A stretch of 63,509 nucleotides of DNA, filler included, from Chiloscyllium plagiosum (taxonomy: Eukaryota), in the NCBI RefSeq assembly GCF_004010195.1. It is 5 parts of one record of this genome, joined end to end, with 100 filler letters (N's around TTAATTAATTAA, not from the genome) between each part and the next. Parts side by side here need not be neighbours in the genome. Positions count along the whole stretch, not along the records: positions 18,654 to 47,828 come from NC_057711.1; 4 more parts are not named here. The stretch is one strand, 5' to 3'. Position numbers and translations under genes: made by a program. The notes below the pieces were generated by a model, which did no database searches, was not told the DNA's origin, and saw nothing but the letters and a program-made list of their open reading frames with translations. Below are positions 24,372 through 39,100 of the stretch, piece after piece. Every line of letters begins with the position of its first letter. Positions within the stretch are counted from its first letter, which is position 1.

Positions 24372-26255
24372 CCATATTACAGAGGAGGAGGTGTTGGATG
24401 TCGTAAAATGCAAAGGTGGATAAATCCCCATGGCATGATCAGGTGTACCCTAGGACTCTGTGGGAAGCTAGGGAAGTGATCGCCAGGCCACTTGCTGAAA
24501 TATTTGGATAATAGATAGTTACAGGTGAGGTACTGGAAGTTGGCTAATGTGGTGCCACTATTTAAGAAAGCTGGTAAAGAAAAGCAAGGGAACCATAGAC
24601 CGGTCAGTCTGATATCGGTGGTGGGCAAGTTGTTGGAGGGAATCCTGAGAGATTGTATGTATATGTATTTGGAAAGACAATGACTGATTACAGATAGTCA
24701 ACATGGCTTTGTGCATGGAAAATCATGTCTCACTAAATTTTTTGAGTAATGAAGAGGATTGATAAGGGCAGAGCAGTGGACATGATCTTTATGGACTTCA
24801 GTAAGGTGTTTGACAAGGTTTGAATCAACTAGGTAAAAACAATGACTGCAGATGCTGGAAACCAGATTCTAGATTAGAGTGGTGCTGGAAAAGCACAGCA
24901 GTTCAGGCAGCATCCGAGGAGCAGTAAAATTGACGTTTCGGGCAAAAGCTCTTCGTCAGGAATACAGGCAGAGAGCCTGAAGGGTGGAGAGATAAGTGAG
25001 AGGAGGGTGGGGGTGGGGAGAAAGTAGCATAGAGTACAATAGGTGGATTGGGGGAGGAGATGAAGGTGATAGGTCGGGGGGAGGAGGGTGGAGTGGATAG
25101 GTGGAAAAGAAGATAGGCAGGTTCCCCATGGGAGACAGATTAACAAGGTTCAATCTCATGGAATACAAGGAGAACTAGCCACTTGGATGCAGAACTGGCT
25201 CAAAGATAGAAGACAGAGGGTTGATTTGGAGGGTTGCTTTTCAGACTAGAGGCCTGTGACCAGTGGTGTGCCACAAGGATTGGTGCTGGGTCTACTACTT
25301 TATGTCATTTATATAAATGATTTGGATGTGAACATAGGAGGTATAGTTAGTAAGTTTTCAGATGACACCAAACTTGGAGGTGTAGTGGACAGCGAAGAAA
25401 GTTACCTCTGAGTATAACAAGATCTTGATCAGATGGGTGAATTGGCTGCAGAGTGGCAGATGGAGTTTAATTCAGATAAATGTGAGTTGCTGCATTCCGA
25501 AAAAGCAAATCGGGGCTGGAATTATACATTTAATAGTGAGGTCTTTGTGAGTGTTGCTGAACAAAGAGACCTTGGAGTGCAGGTTCATAGTTCCTTGAAA
25601 GTGGAGTCACAGGCAGATAGAATAGTGAAGAAGACATTTAATATGTTTTCCTTTACTGGTCAGACCATTGAGTATAGGAGTTGGGAGGTCGTGTTGCAGC
25701 TGTACAGGACATTGGTTTGGCCAATTTTGAAATATTGTGTGCAATATCCCTCCCACAGGAAGGATGTTGTGAAATTTGAAAAGGTTCTGAAAAGATTTGT
25801 AAGGGTATTGCCAGGGATGGAGGGTTTGAGCTACAGGGATAGGCTGATCAGGCTAGGACTGTTTTCCTTGGAGTGTCGGAGGCTGATGTGTGACCTTGCA
25901 AAGGTGCATAAAATCATGAGGGGCATGGATATGGTAAATGGACTAGGTATGTTCCCTTGGTTAGGTGAGTCCAGAACTAGAGGGCATAAGTTTAGGTGAA
26001 AGGGGAAAGATTGAAAAGGGACCTAAAGGGCAACGTTTTCACACAAAGGGTAGTGCATGTATAGAATGAGCTGCCAGAGGATGTGGTGGAGGCTGGTACA
26101 GTTACAACATTTTAAAGGCATCTGGATGGTATTATGAATAAGAGGGTTTAGAGGGATGTGGGCTGCAAAATGGGGCTACATTAATTTACCTGGCGTGGAT
26201 GAGTTGTACTGAGGGGTCATTTCTGTGCTGTGCATCTCTATGACTCCATGACTGT
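24372..26255 (+). mobile_element. CR1-type LINE (HER1-like) RT to 3' tail, interrupted by a pLTR
   Basis: [53 protein letters not shown]; tail tctatgactccatgact. Confidence 0.92.
24831..25121 (-). mobile_element. PLE pLTR (family A variant) with hammerhead motif at 24926-24965
   Basis: Minus strand reads ATTC-CTGACGA-A-GAGC(TTTT)GCCC-GAAA-C-GTC-AATT. Inserted in the CR1 FDKV|PHGRL motif. Confidence 0.85.
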
Positions 26256-26999
26256 CATGGTGGAATTTGAAGACAATGTTCCATTTGACACTTACACAAT
26301 AATCACAGTATAGCTGGTGTAAGTGTTATTCCCATTCATATTTAAAAGTACATCAGTTGCTCTTGATAATGTTTTCGGTTGTACTTTTTACTTGCCAATT
26401 TGCTGTCGTTACTGTTTGATGCTACAGTTGTCCAGACTTTCGTTAGATTATATGGCTGGAACCACGGTGGAATATTGACCTGTTTGATTTTCTGATTTGA
26501 AATTCATTGAGGCTGATAAAGGAGGGGCACTGGGCAAATGTCCAGAGACCTCTAAGTACTTTGAGGAAGGATAGAAAGTGGGATTTCACAGATGCCTACC
26601 TGAGTCCAGTGTATAGGCACAAAAATGTATTCCTATAGTTCAGCTCAGAACAGTTTGCGTCCACTTTAATGCAACGGATCTCTCAGAGATTTGTTACTAG
26701 TTGCAATCCAATCCCAGATCACTACATCTTTCTTTGTTTCTCTAATAGCAGCCCTATCTTCTTCAGAGTCATTGCAGGCTGCAGCAAGTAACATCTGTCA
26801 TATTAATCATTAATAATTGCATAAAACAGATGACAAATGTACTGTTTACCAAAATCAATCATTTAATCTCATTGCTGACAGCAGAGGCTTCAAGGTAGAA
26901 AGACAGGGCTCTGAGTTCACTGAACAGAACAGATAAGTACATTGCTTTATCTATAAGACATATAATGTTATATTACTATAATACTTTTAAACAGGTAGA

Positions 27000-27222
27000 G
27001 TCACTATCGTCCAGCAGAACATTGGGCTGCTGTCTCATGAGAGAGAGAAAGAGAGAGAGACAGAGACAGTGAGATGACTAGTGGTCAGTTTAATCTGAGT
27101 GTTATGACACCTCAGGCAAGGGGTAAAGTTGAGAAGGTAGGACTTTTATGGCCAGTGTCAGAATTCAACCCATGTTGTTGGCATCAATCTGCATTGCAAG
27201 CGAGCTGTCCAGCTAACTGATG
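27000..27222 (-). mobile_element. tRNA-derived SINE with internal (GA)n
   Basis: Minus strand begins tcagttagctgg... (A-box-like) and has gggttgaattc (B-box-like). (GA)n at ~27038-27075. Confidence 0.5.
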
Positions 27223-27264
27223 CCTTTAATTGAACAACTAATGTCCATTTCAGGTTCATTAGGG

Positions 27265-27610
27265 AAGGCAGAGGTAATGTCACTGGTCTAGTATTTCAGA
27301 ACTCAAGGATACAATTCTGGTGCCAGGAGTTTGCATCGCACCCTGGCATTTGATTAAATTTGAGTTTAATAACATCTGGAATAAAAACCTAGCTTAATGA
27401 TGACCACATAGCCAGGGCTGATTGTCGTAAAAACCCACCTAGGTCATTAATACCCTTTACGGAAGGAAATCTGTCATCCATACTGTGTCTGGCCAACATG
27501 TGATCCCAGACCCACAACAACGTGATTGACTCCTCGCTGCCTTCTGACAAATTAATGTTAAGCAACAAATGCTGGCCCACCATGCGATGCCCACACTCCT
27601 TGAATGACTT
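27265..27610 (+). mobile_element. tRNA-derived SINE, same family as 23235
   Basis: Shared internal motifs and the caaatgctggccc...gatgcccacac tail. Confidence 0.65.
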
Positions 27611-28940
27611 AAAACAAAGTGAGTGACTGGTCTAGATGTTTTTAGTACATTACCCCTAGTGGGGAATGACCATGTCAGGCAAGAAGCCAAACAGCCTTAA
27701 TTATGGGAATTGGTATTGAGCAAGGAAAGGAAGCTCATTTATGTGTCCCTTTGACCCATTGGAGGCACCATCACCCCCTTGACGTCACTCCCACCCCTCC
27801 CACTTTAACTTCACCCCCACACCCCAGCTTCTTGAACTCTACCACTAAAATTTCTCACGATTGGCTGGCAGCTCTCTAAAGACCCCTATCTTTCTGAGTT
27901 AGGGGTAGAAGCCTTGGCTGGTCTCAGCAGTAAATTGTTGTGAGGCAACTGTTGAGATCATGGATGTTCAACGGACAGTTTAACCAAACAGGTTAGGAGC
28001 ATGGCACCCTTTACAATCCAACATCAATAATTCTAGGTTGTAGGGTGCCAGTTTCTCAGCCAGTGCAGGTTGCATCATTGACACCTACCCAATAATATGG
28101 TAAATAGCCCACAAATGTCCTGTACATAAAAGGCAGGACAGATCCAAATCAGCCAATTGACCATCTCATAATCTATTCCCAGTGATCGGGAATGTGATGG
28201 AAGGTATCATCAACAGTTAACCAGCACCCACTCAGGAATCACCAGCCCATTGATGCTGAGTTCAGGTTGCACCAGGAACAATCAGCTCATGGCCTCATTA
28301 CAGCCTTAGCTCAAATATTAATAGCTGAGGCAGAGTTTAAGAGCAGGGAGGTTATGATGGAACTGTATGAAACCTTGGTTAGGCCGCAGCTCAGAATATT
28401 GTGTGCAATTCTGTATTCAACATTATAGGAGGGATGAGATTGGAAAGGGTGTAGAGGAGATTGACTAGGATGCTGCCTGGTGTTATGGACCAGACCAGAC
28501 CCCCCTCAAAACATTTTAAGAGGATAGCCCAGACCCTAACTTTATTTTTTTTTAGGCAGATGTAAATTGGATATTCTGGGATGCTGTAGTTAGTCAAACT
28601 ATTCAGTTTTAAACAAAACAGAATTTATTTAATCACTGTGGAGGAAACTTAGAACAACTTAACTTATTTAATAACCCAACTGACATGATGTCGCAACCTA
28701 ACGAAGCTGTTCCAATTCCTGCAACATCTCATAAGCACACCCCTTGGCAAAATGTAAATTCAAACACCAGATCTTAAAGACAGGAGTGGTTTCAGAGAGA
28801 AGGTTCAGGCAAGATCTCTGTTGCACCATGGAACCTCTTTTCAGTGTAGCTGCTTCTCTAGGTCCCCAGCAAGTTTTGACTCTCTGCTTAAACTCAATCA
28901 ACCTGGAAAGAAAAACCTGAACTGAGAGAGCGGGCCACTC

Positions 28941-31130
28941 ACAGAGTCTCAGAGTCACAGAGACGTACAGCACAGAAAGACACCCTTTGGTCCAACTCGT
29001 CCATGCCGCCCAGATATCCCTATACAATCTAGTCCCACCTGCCAGCGTCCGGCCCATATCCCTCCAAGCCCTTCATATTCATATGCCCATCTAAATGCCT
29101 TTTAAATGCTACAATTGTACCAGCCTCCACCACTTCCTCTGGCAGCTCATTCTATACATGTACCACCTTCTGTGTGAAAGAGTTGCCCCTTAGGTCTCTT
29201 TTATATCTTTCCCCTCTCACCCTAAACCTATGCCCGCTAGTTCTGGACTCCCCCATACCATGGAAAAGATTTTGTCTATTTATCTTATCCATGCCCCTCA
29301 TGATTTTGTAAACCTCTATGAGGTCACCTATCAACCTCCAACGCTCCAGGGAAACATCCCCAGCCTGTTCAGACTCTCCCTCTAGCTCAAACCCTCCAAA
29401 CCTGGCAACATCCTTGTAAATCTTTTCTGAGCCCTTTCAAGTTTCACAACACCTTTCTAACAGGAAGGACACCAGAATTGCACACAATATTCCAACAGTG
29501 GCCTAACCAATGTCCTGTACAGCCGCAACATAATCTCCCAACTCCTGTACTCTATGCTCTGACCAATAAAGGAAAGCATATCAAACACCTTCTTCATGTT
29601 CCCATCTACCTGCAACTCCATTTTCAAGGAGCTATGAACTGCACTCCAAGGTCTCTTTGCTAAGCAACACTCCCTAGGACCTTACCAGTAGGTGCATAAG
29701 TCCTGCTTTCTCAAAATGCAGCCCCTCACATTTATCTGAATTAAACTCCATCTGCCACTTCTCAGCCCATTGGCCCATCTGATCAAGATCCTGTTGTAGT
29801 CTGAGATACCTTCTTCGCTGTCCACTATACCGCTAATTTTGGTGTCATCAGCGAACTTACTAATTATACCTCTTATGCTCACATCCAAATCATTTATGCA
29901 AATGACATAAATGTAGTGGACCCAGCACTGATCCTTGTGACACTCCACTGGTCACAGGCCTCCAGTCTGAAAAATAACCCTCCACTACCTCCCTCTGTCT
30001 TCTACCTTTGAGCCAGATCTGTAGCCAAATGGCTAGTTCTCCCTGTATTCCGTGAGATCTAACCTTGCAAACTAGTCTCCCATGGGGAATCTTGTCAAAT
30101 GCCTTACAGAAGTCTATATAAACCACATCTACTACTCAGCCCTCATCAACCTTCTTTGTTACTTCTTTAAAAAAACTCAATCAAGTTTGTGACACATGAT
30201 TTCCCCGCACAAAGACATGTTAACTATTCCTAATCAGTCCTTGACTTTCCAAATAAATGTGCATCCTGTCCCTCAGGATTCCTTCCAACAACTTGCTCAA
30301 TACTGACGTCAGGCTCACTGGTCTATAGTTCCCTGGCTTGTCCTTACCACCTTCCTTAAACTGTGACACCATGTTAGCCAACCTCTAGTCTTCCGGCACT
30401 TCACCTGTGACTATTGATGATGCAAATATTTCAGTAACAGGCCCAGCAATCCCTTCTCTAGCCTCCCACAGAGTTCGAGGGTACACCTACTCAGGTCCTG
30501 GGGATTTATCCACCTTTATGCAGTTCAAGACATCCAGCACTTCCTCCTTTGTAATATGGACATTTTTCAAGATATCACCATCTGTTTCCCTACATTCTAT
30601 ATCTTCCATGACCTTTTCCAAAGTAAATACTGATGCAAAATACTCATTTCATATCTCCCCCATTTTCTGAGGCTCCACGCAAAGGTCCTTCCTGAAGAAG
30701 GGCTTATGCCCGAAACGTCGATTCTCCTGTTCCCTGGATGCTGCCTGACCTGCTGCGCTTTTCCAGCAACACATTTTCAGCTCTGATCTCCAGCATCTGC
30801 AGTCCTCACTTTCTCCTAGAAGATTTTTTCCCTGATCTTTATGGGGCCCTATTCTCTCCCTAGTTACCCGTTTGTCCTTAATGTATTTGTAAAAAAGCCT
30901 TTGGATTCTCCCTAACTCTATTTGCCAAAGCTATCTCATGTTCCTGTTTTGCCCTCCTGATTTCCCTCTTAAGTATACTCCTACTTCCTTTATACTCTTC
31001 TAAGGATTCACTCGATCTATCCTGTCTGTACCTGACATATGCTTCCTTCTTTTTCTTAACCAAACCCTCAATTTCTTTAGTCATCCCGCGTTCCCTATAC
31101 CAACCAGCCTTCCCTTTCCCCCTAACAGGA
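28941..31130 (-). mobile_element. CR1-type LINE (HER1-like), 5'-truncated
   Basis: [56 protein letters not shown] occurs on both flanks. Confidence 0.92.
30688..30817 (+). mobile_element. Solo PLE pLTR (family A) with intact hammerhead core at 30692-30719
   Basis: CTGAAGAAGGGCTTATGCCCGAAACGTC. Confidence 0.87.
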
Positions 31131-31699
31131 ACTCCTCTGCCATTGGTTTCAAGTAGACATTTCCAGATGTATTGGAACCTCTGCCTTTACGATCCCTCTT
31201 GAAAACAAATGAGGACAACATAACCTTGTTGAAGGGGCAGCATCGTCACACTGGCACGTTATGAAGAGAGATTGGATATACTGGGATTATTTTTCTTGGA
31301 GCAGAGGATATTAAAGGTTAAGGTGATGGAGATATATAAAATTATGAGGGTCATCAACAGAGTAGATTGGAAGGAAATGTATCCCCTTGGTGGAGGGATC
31401 AATGACAAGAGGGCATAGATTTAAAGTAAGGGGCAGGAGGTTTAGAGGGCATATGAGGAAAAATGTTTTCACTCAGATGATGGTGGAAGTCTGGAACTCA
31501 CTGCTTGTAAGGCTGGTAGAGGCCGAAACCTTAATTTAAAAGATATTTAGATGAGCATTTATGATTCCAAGACATACAAGGTAATGGACTAAGTGCTTGA
31601 AAATGAGATTAAAACAGTTAGGTTGTTTTTGATTAATTGATCCTGGGCCAAAGGACTTTTTCTTCTGCTGTAGATCTCGATAGCTGAACTCTATTGGTG

Positions 31700-33835
31700 A
31701 GGTGGAGTGACTGTCCTTGGTAACAAGGGCACATTTGACAGACAGTGGCATCAAGGAGCCCTCCCAAAATGTGAATCAATGGGAATCAAGAGGACTACTC
31801 TCTACTGGTTGGGTCATACTTGGCACATAGGGAGATGGCAATGCTTGGTGGAAGTTAACCATCTCAGCTCCAGGGCATTTCCACAGGAGTTCTTCGGGGT
31901 AGTGTCCTAGGCCCAACCATCTTCAGCTTCTTCATTAATGGCCTTCTCTCCAGCATAAGGTCAGAAGTAAGATGTTCACTGATGATTGCATAATGTTCAG
32001 CACCATTCATGACTCCCTGGTTACCGAAGTTGCTAAAAGGTGGCAAGTGACATTCATACCACACAAATGTGATCATCTCTAATAAGATAAAATCTAATCA
32101 CCACCCCTTGGCATTCAGTGGTGTTATCATCACTGAATCACCTAGTGTGTTGTTAAAATCCTGGGGTTACCATTGATCAGAAACTGAATGGATTCACCTT
32201 ATCACTACAAGAGCAGGTTAGAGGCCAAGATTACTGCAATGATTAACTAATTTCCTGACTCCCCAAAGCCTGTCCATCATCTAGAAGGCACAAGTCAGCA
32301 GTGTGATGGAATACTCCCATATGCCTGGATGGGTGCAGCTTCAACAACACTCAAGAAGCTTAACTATCCAGGACAAAGTAGCCCACTTATTTGTTACCAC
32401 ATCCACAAACACTCAGTCACTCCACTACTGATGCTCAGTAGCAGTAGTGTGTGCTATCTACAAGATGCACTGCAGAAATTTACCAAAGATCCTGAACAGG
32501 ACCTTCCAAACACATAACCATTACCATGAAGAAGGGAAATGGTGACAGATATATGGGAGCATCACAATCTGAAAGCTCTGCTCCAAGCCACTAACCAGCC
32601 TGACTTGGAAATACAGCACCATTCCTGAGTGTTATTGGGTCAAAAGACCTGTCCACAAAAAGCAAGACAAATCCAGCCCAGCCAGTTACTGTCCCATTAG
32701 TCTATTCTTGATCATGCTCGGAAGTGTTCTTAACAGTGCTATCAAGCAGCACCTGCTCAGAACAACATGCTCAGTGAGGCCCAGTTTGGGTTCTGCCAGG
32801 ACCACTCAGCTCCTGACCTCATTATAGGCTTGGTTCAAATTTGGATAAAAGAGATGAATTCCAGAGGTGAGGTGAGAGTGACAGCCCTTGACATCAAGAC
32901 TGCATTTGACTAAATCAAGGAACCTTAGCAAAACTGGAATCAATGGCAATGAGGTCAAACTGTCCATTGGTTGGATTCATACCTATTACATAGGAAGATG
33001 GTTATGGTTGTTTGAGATCAGCAATCTCAGCTCCAGGACATCTCTGCAGGTATCCTCAGGGTAACGTACTAGGGCCAATGATTTTCAATTGCTTCATCAA
33101 TGGCCTTCCTTCATCGTAAGGTCAGGAGTGGGGATGTGTGATGATGATTACATACTATTCAGCACCACTAACATCTCCTCAGATACTGAAGCAATCCATG
33201 CTCAAATGCAACAAGATCTGGACAATATCCACGCTTGGGCTGACAAGTGACAAGTAACATTTGTGCCATACAAATGCCAGGTAATGATTATAACCAATCA
33301 GAGACAATCTAACCACAACCCTTTCATTTTCAATGATGTTACCATCAGTAAATCTCCCACTATTAATATTCTTGGCATTACCACTGACCAGAAACAGAAC
33401 TGAACTCACCACATAAACACACTGACTACAAGAGCAGCTCAGAAACTAGAAATACTGCGACAAGTAACTCACCTCCTGATTCCCCAGAACCCTGTCCACT
33501 ACTACAAGGTAGAAGTCAGGAGTATGATGGAATATTTCAACACTCAAAATGCTTGACACCATCCAAAACAGAAGCAGTCCGCTTGATTGGCATTATATAT
33601 GTACAAGCATCCAGTCGCTCCATCACCAAAGCTCAGTAGCAACAATGCATTCTATTTACAAGATACACTGTAGAAATTCATCAAAGATCCTTAACAGCTT
33701 CTTTCAAACCCACAACCACTTCATCTGGAAGGACAAGGGTAGCAGATACATGAGAACATTGCCATCTGCAAGTTCTCTTCCAAATCACTCACCATCCTGA
33801 CTTGGAAACACATTACCATTCCTTCACTGTCATTA
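31700..33835 (+). mobile_element. Two tandem degenerate CR1/L2-group LINE RT-to-3' fragments
   Basis: VTALDIKTAFD (~32878), G.VLGPTIFS.FIN (~31900), MQQDLDNIHAWADK (~33207). Confidence 0.75.
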
Positions 33836-36019
33836 TCAATTGAGTGATCTGGATAGTTCAGTGATCAGATAACCAACGCCATGGTGGGATGCTTCCCCCT
33901 GCCTCAGCATTTGCTGCTGCTCTGATCTATCCTCTTCCAACGACATCCACAGCACTGCCAATGCTGTCTTGAAAAGATGCAGTTCTTCTTTAAGTGAAGC
34001 CCTCTTTCTTGCTTTATGTGTGATGAAAGGAAAGGGAGTCAATTACTCATCCAAGCAGTTGTGAATATGTGTGAGTGAGGGTAGAAGCCAGTGGGTGGAA
34101 TTTTGTGCCCTTTCCTGTGATATGTTGGGTGGTTGGATATTTATTCAGATGGGAGGGTTGTGGATGGGAACCCTGGCACTTTGCCATCTCAACAACAATA
34201 AAGAACCTGACAAGTAGGCCCCAATTTGAGGCCTGTGAAGAGACTAATAATGCTCCCCTCCTTAAAAGTTTCATTTTTGCACCACTAACATTAGCCCCAT
34301 AGAAGGTGGGGATGCATGGAGCACAACCTGTAAACCCTATCGGGGCTGCTTGCAAGGTCTTGGGGTAAGGGTGGCTTGTTCAAAGGCACTCAGTTTCTGA
34401 TGGAGAGGCCCAGTATCAGGATGGGTGATGAGGTTGTTGGGGAGTTGGGGGTAAGCAGGGTATTGGCAGAGAGCTGCCCCCACTATTGCTTTAATCGGTG
34501 GGCAGCTTTCAGAGGGCAGGACTTGCGAGACCAGTGTCCATTAACCTATTAGCCTGTCAAAATACAGTGAACCTTCACAGAAAGCAATGGATTGGATATC
34601 TCGCCAGGCCTACAGCTGGCATCCAAAATGCCACCAGCCCAACCATTCCACTCTCACTGTTGGCTCTACTGATTCCATCTGTAGTGCGTGAGCTAATACC
34701 TCTAATGTCACCTCTTTATTTAATCACTCTGTCAAAGGTAATGAGTGAAGTTCAAAATTTGGGATCATGAGCAGAAAGGGGCTTTTGAAAGTTGCTTTCA
34801 CGCCCAGCCAAAAATCTACACTTGGAAAAAGAGGAAATAGCACCATTAATGAGCAAACTCACCAACAACTGGAGGATTAATCGTACGTGTGAAGGAGGAA
34901 GGGTTCATCTTCCTAATTTCCTGTGATGGAATTTTCAGTCATTTGTAGCTTCAAACCCATAACACATTTTCAAATACAAAGCTGTGAAGGATATTGTGAT
35001 AGCATAGAAAAAATAATGTACTCTCACATACTTTATAAACAGTTCCTGAGAACACAGGTTCATATACATGTTTAGCCCTTTCTTTACTCAGTGCGCAAGG
35101 GAATTTCTTTTTTTAATGTTTCAATTATTATATGCTTAAATTTTAATGTTGGGTTCCCTATTTTCATTTGATTTTCTTTAAAAGTGTTTGGTTTTAATGT
35201 GCTTCATTTATTTCATTCCAATTGTACAAAAAGGTTATTGCTCACACAAGAGCCATTATGATGTCTTCCTTGTGAGTTGAAAACTAAATGCAATCAATCA
35301 CTCCAGTGTTTTCTGTTTACTGTGTGGTGTAATCAACAAAACGTGCTGCACTTGTGCTAGTCTGTAAAAGAACCTGTATGATATAGTCATAGCTTCAATA
35401 GTGTGCATACTACAGAATGAGCATTGTCACACTCTCCATAATGCAAACAGCACAGCAATTTGTATAGTTTGTAGTAAATGGTATGATCTACAAATTCAGT
35501 ACAAAGATTTTTGTTTCTCTCATCCAACAAGTTGTCAAACTGAACTCCTAATCTGTTACCATTCTCAAAAGTGGCACACTTGTTTCCAATACTGTCTCCT
35601 ACTGCAAACACAATACAAATACCATGAGGGATTATTGTAGTAAATGCTCATGGGCTGGTTCAAAAGGCTGCAACAATAAAGCATTGGCAGTCATGTAGGA
35701 GTTGAAATTTATATGATTTTAGTGTTTTCCATTAAGTCAACTGGGATTGTGTATTTTCAAAGAGACATCGGATAGATTTTGATAACAGGCCAGGAGGACT
35801 TTATTAGATATGGTTGTTACATATTAGTGTTGAGATCACTGTGCATTCAAAAATTTTATGTAATTAGTTAACAGGAAATTCAATAGAGTACCTAAAGAGT
35901 TAAAAGTCAAATTGTAGCATCGATTTTTTTGAGGTTGGTTTTTAATGCATTGACTTCATTTCTGTCAGGTTTTTATTGGTAAAGCATAAAATGTTTCAAA
36001 GTGAGATATCCTTTCTTAC

Positions 36020-36176
36020 AATAGAGTGAAAGAGCTGGCTTGTCATCATCTTGTGCTTGAGATGCCTTTATCTTGGTGCTATCTTCATGCATGTTTGCAA
36101 AGAAGGAATTCTTTGGGCCCTCAGCCATGTCTGCTCTGAGGTTATTGGGTGTCCGATGTCAGGGCTCAGACCAGAT
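36020..36176 (-). other. Candidate exon with ATG at 36128 (MAEGPKNSFFANMHEDSTKIKASQAQDDDKPALSLY)
   Basis: Acceptor cattcctttgtccctgacAG, Kozak gacATGG and donor TT|GTAAGA, within a repeat-poor island. No homology recognised. Confidence 0.3.
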
Positions 36177-39100
36177 CTGTCAGGGACAAAGGAATGCACA
36201 GAAATGATGAATGACTCCACAGCCAAAAGCAAAAGCTTCACTGTAATGGCCACAGTCTCTGTGAGCAATCCTTACTCATAGCTCTCAAGGTCAACAGACG
36301 TTCCTACATGTGCAAACAAAGCATCACATTGACCTACGAGCATTAAATAAAAGATTAGACAGTTAAGCTGTGTTTGAAAATTTAATTGCATAATTGTGTA
36401 ATTGCTTTGTGTACCATATTACAAAAACTATTGCTTTCCTCTACTCGCCATCCAGGAAAGTTTTAAACCCTAGTGACAGGAATATTAATGTGCTCACAGT
36501 GTCATATCTGTTTCAGCTCATGCATATTCAGTGGCCTCTCTCTCAAAGATTTATGTCAGACTTTGCTGAAGTGTAGTTTTCACCCATTTTAGATAATAGC
36601 GTGCAAAATTGATGTTATCAGCTGTATTCAACACTCAACAGCAAATGAAACACAGAGAAGATATTCTTAACATGCCCGAATTCTCAGAATCAGAGGATTC
36701 ACTCTTGTGTTTGAAGTAAAAACCTTTCAGGGGGAAAATCGTATATTTTGGAAACAGATTTTAGTCAATCTGATGGATTATCTTTTAATTAAGAATGGTT
36801 GATTTGAGCCCACTCTACTGCAACAAACGCCTGGCTGCTAATGAAGTTTAAACAGACTTACTTTATTTAATTACAGCTAATCACCAGGGTAAAATGTGGA
36901 ATTGTCTTTGATCCACATGGAGAATAGTAATCTTTGTGGCAGATAGCATCTCCTATTCCCTCAGATGCCTTTCAGATTCTCCAGGAGGTCCAAGATTAAC
37001 TAAGGGTTAATTGAGACAGCTGAACAATGTGATTGATGTATTTTTGCCCTGTAAAGCCATCACCCTTTCTGAAAACCTAGGGTTTCCATGTGCTTGTTTA
37101 CATCAGTCACCTTAAGGGCATGTAATGCAGTGCAGGCCTAGTCATTTGAGGTAAGGGACTTGAAGGGCCCAAAGTCTTGCAGAATCAAAGAGGAGGCAAT
37201 GCAAGGGGACCAATAGGGATTAGCAGAGGGCAGCAGAGAGCAGCTCAAAGCAGACAAGGGCATTAGGGAATTGACCTGGCTCAATGGTATTATTAGGCCT
37301 GCAGAGGACAGAGATACTTTCTTGAATTGCAGTTAATATTTGAAACTGTCCATCAATATACAGACGTCTCCAGGTGGCAAGGACAAATAGTTTACGTGGG
37401 ATTTTATGTTGCCTTGAGCAATGACCTTCAACAAACTTAAAATTGAAAAAGTTCAAGTTTGAAGCAATGACAAGGTTGGAACTAATATTCCCTTTCTCCA
37501 TATGTAAGCATTGTAACAATTAGATTATGTAAGGACATTTATTTTTAAAATTTCTAGAGATGTAGTTTCATGATAATGTATTTAACATCTGCAATTTTGT
37601 CTCTGTTGGCAGGTATAGCTTTAGGCAATCACTGTTTGATAACATCTGTACGGTTTGATGGCTATTCCCGCTTATTTATCCACATGATCAGCTGATTAAA
37701 GATTTTCCATGTCCCTAGCCTTCCTTTCTAATAAACCATGAAAACTTTTTATTTTTAAGACTTCTATAACCAAAGGTTTGACAATTAAATGGCAGAGTCC
37801 ACGCAATGAAAGATGGCAGGAGCTGGACAGACAGCTCGTTCAGATTTTTTTTTCTTAGTCTCCCTGAAGCAGCTCTATGTACTTTAGAAAAAAGACAGCA
37901 AGTCCAACAGCTTGTTTAACAGCATGTTACACTGAACGTGCTGATTATTGTAAAGGTCAGGTATTGACAAGCACTGAGCTGCTTATGTTTCGTTAATGAC
38001 ACTAATTACACCGTTACTCAGTAAGTGGTCAATAAACAAAAATTAGCATATGTAGAAAAACAGTTTATTTTACATTTCCAAGACAATTGCCCATCCTGTG
38101 GTTGTCCTCCTTATGCTGGGCTTGATGATGAGCTGTGATTGATGAGGTGATCAAGACAACTGGGTGTTAGAGACCAGGCTCTTGCTGAAAAACCTCAACC
38201 TCTTTGCAAGCCGATTCACTTGAACCAGACAATAAAGATTTTAAGCTTAGGTTATATGTTTGAACAATGAGTTTTTTTCTACATGCCAATTTTCTAACCA
38301 AGTCAGTTTTCTTTGTTTCCATGAACCTTTGATAATTTAATGATCTGCTTCTAATTAAGCTGCTAGCATTTTGATAATAAAAAATAAGAACAGGTCAGCA
38401 CAATTAAATATAATTAGATTGTGTGAAGATTTGAACCAGAAAATTACTTTTACTTAAACATATGATTCGAGTTATTTCATTTCCGAATGCCGTTATATTC
38501 ATTTGATGCTAGCTTTCTTTTTATATGGTTCATTTTTTTTTCTGTAGTATGAAATAGGCAAAAAATGCAGACCATTTTAAAGAGGGGCAATTATCAAGAA
38601 ATGTCCAAAGTTCCACGCAGTATGTCATTTTATGATTACCCTCTGTTATAAATTAATATGAAATGAATAATTATGTCAGCAGAATGTTTACAAACCTTTC
38701 AGCAAGATGAATTTGATCAACCTTCAATCTACTGAGATAAAATAGCATGTACTCCTATGAGAAGAGAGTACAAGACCTAGGACAGATAATGCAGGAACAC
38801 TGCAAATCTTCCAGGTCACCATCACAGAAGCTCCAATTCATGTTATAACAACACACTAAAATATTACCATCCTGCTAAAAGAATATATTTCAGCTGAAAC
38901 TAGGACAATTTTTGTAAACTGTGGGCCAAAACCAGGCAGTAAAGTTCACCATGTTTACCAAAAGCAGTATACCACTATACCATCCAATGTGGTAGATCCT
39001 TATCCATCTTTGCACTGATTGGCACAACACTGCTGATAATACATCGATAAAGTCCCAACAATAGTCAAATAACTGAATTTTATTTGCAATGTCTTTAGAA

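Larger units (their letters stand above)
28481..31250. mobile_element. Solo LTR split by a CR1 insertion, with 4-bp TSD CTGG
   Basis: TGTTAT...GTCACA termini. CTGG at 28477-28480 and 31251-31254. The host old CR1 (TRMLPG|...YEERLD.LGLFFLEQR) resumes after it. Confidence 0.75.

Noticed and set aside
26601..26794. Minus-strand exon MLLAAACNDSEEDRAAIRE
   Set aside because: In-frame stop before the donor, weak acceptor and no recognisable homology.
27000..27610. tRNA genes
   Set aside because: Only degenerate A/B-box-like SINE heads, with no cloverleaf.
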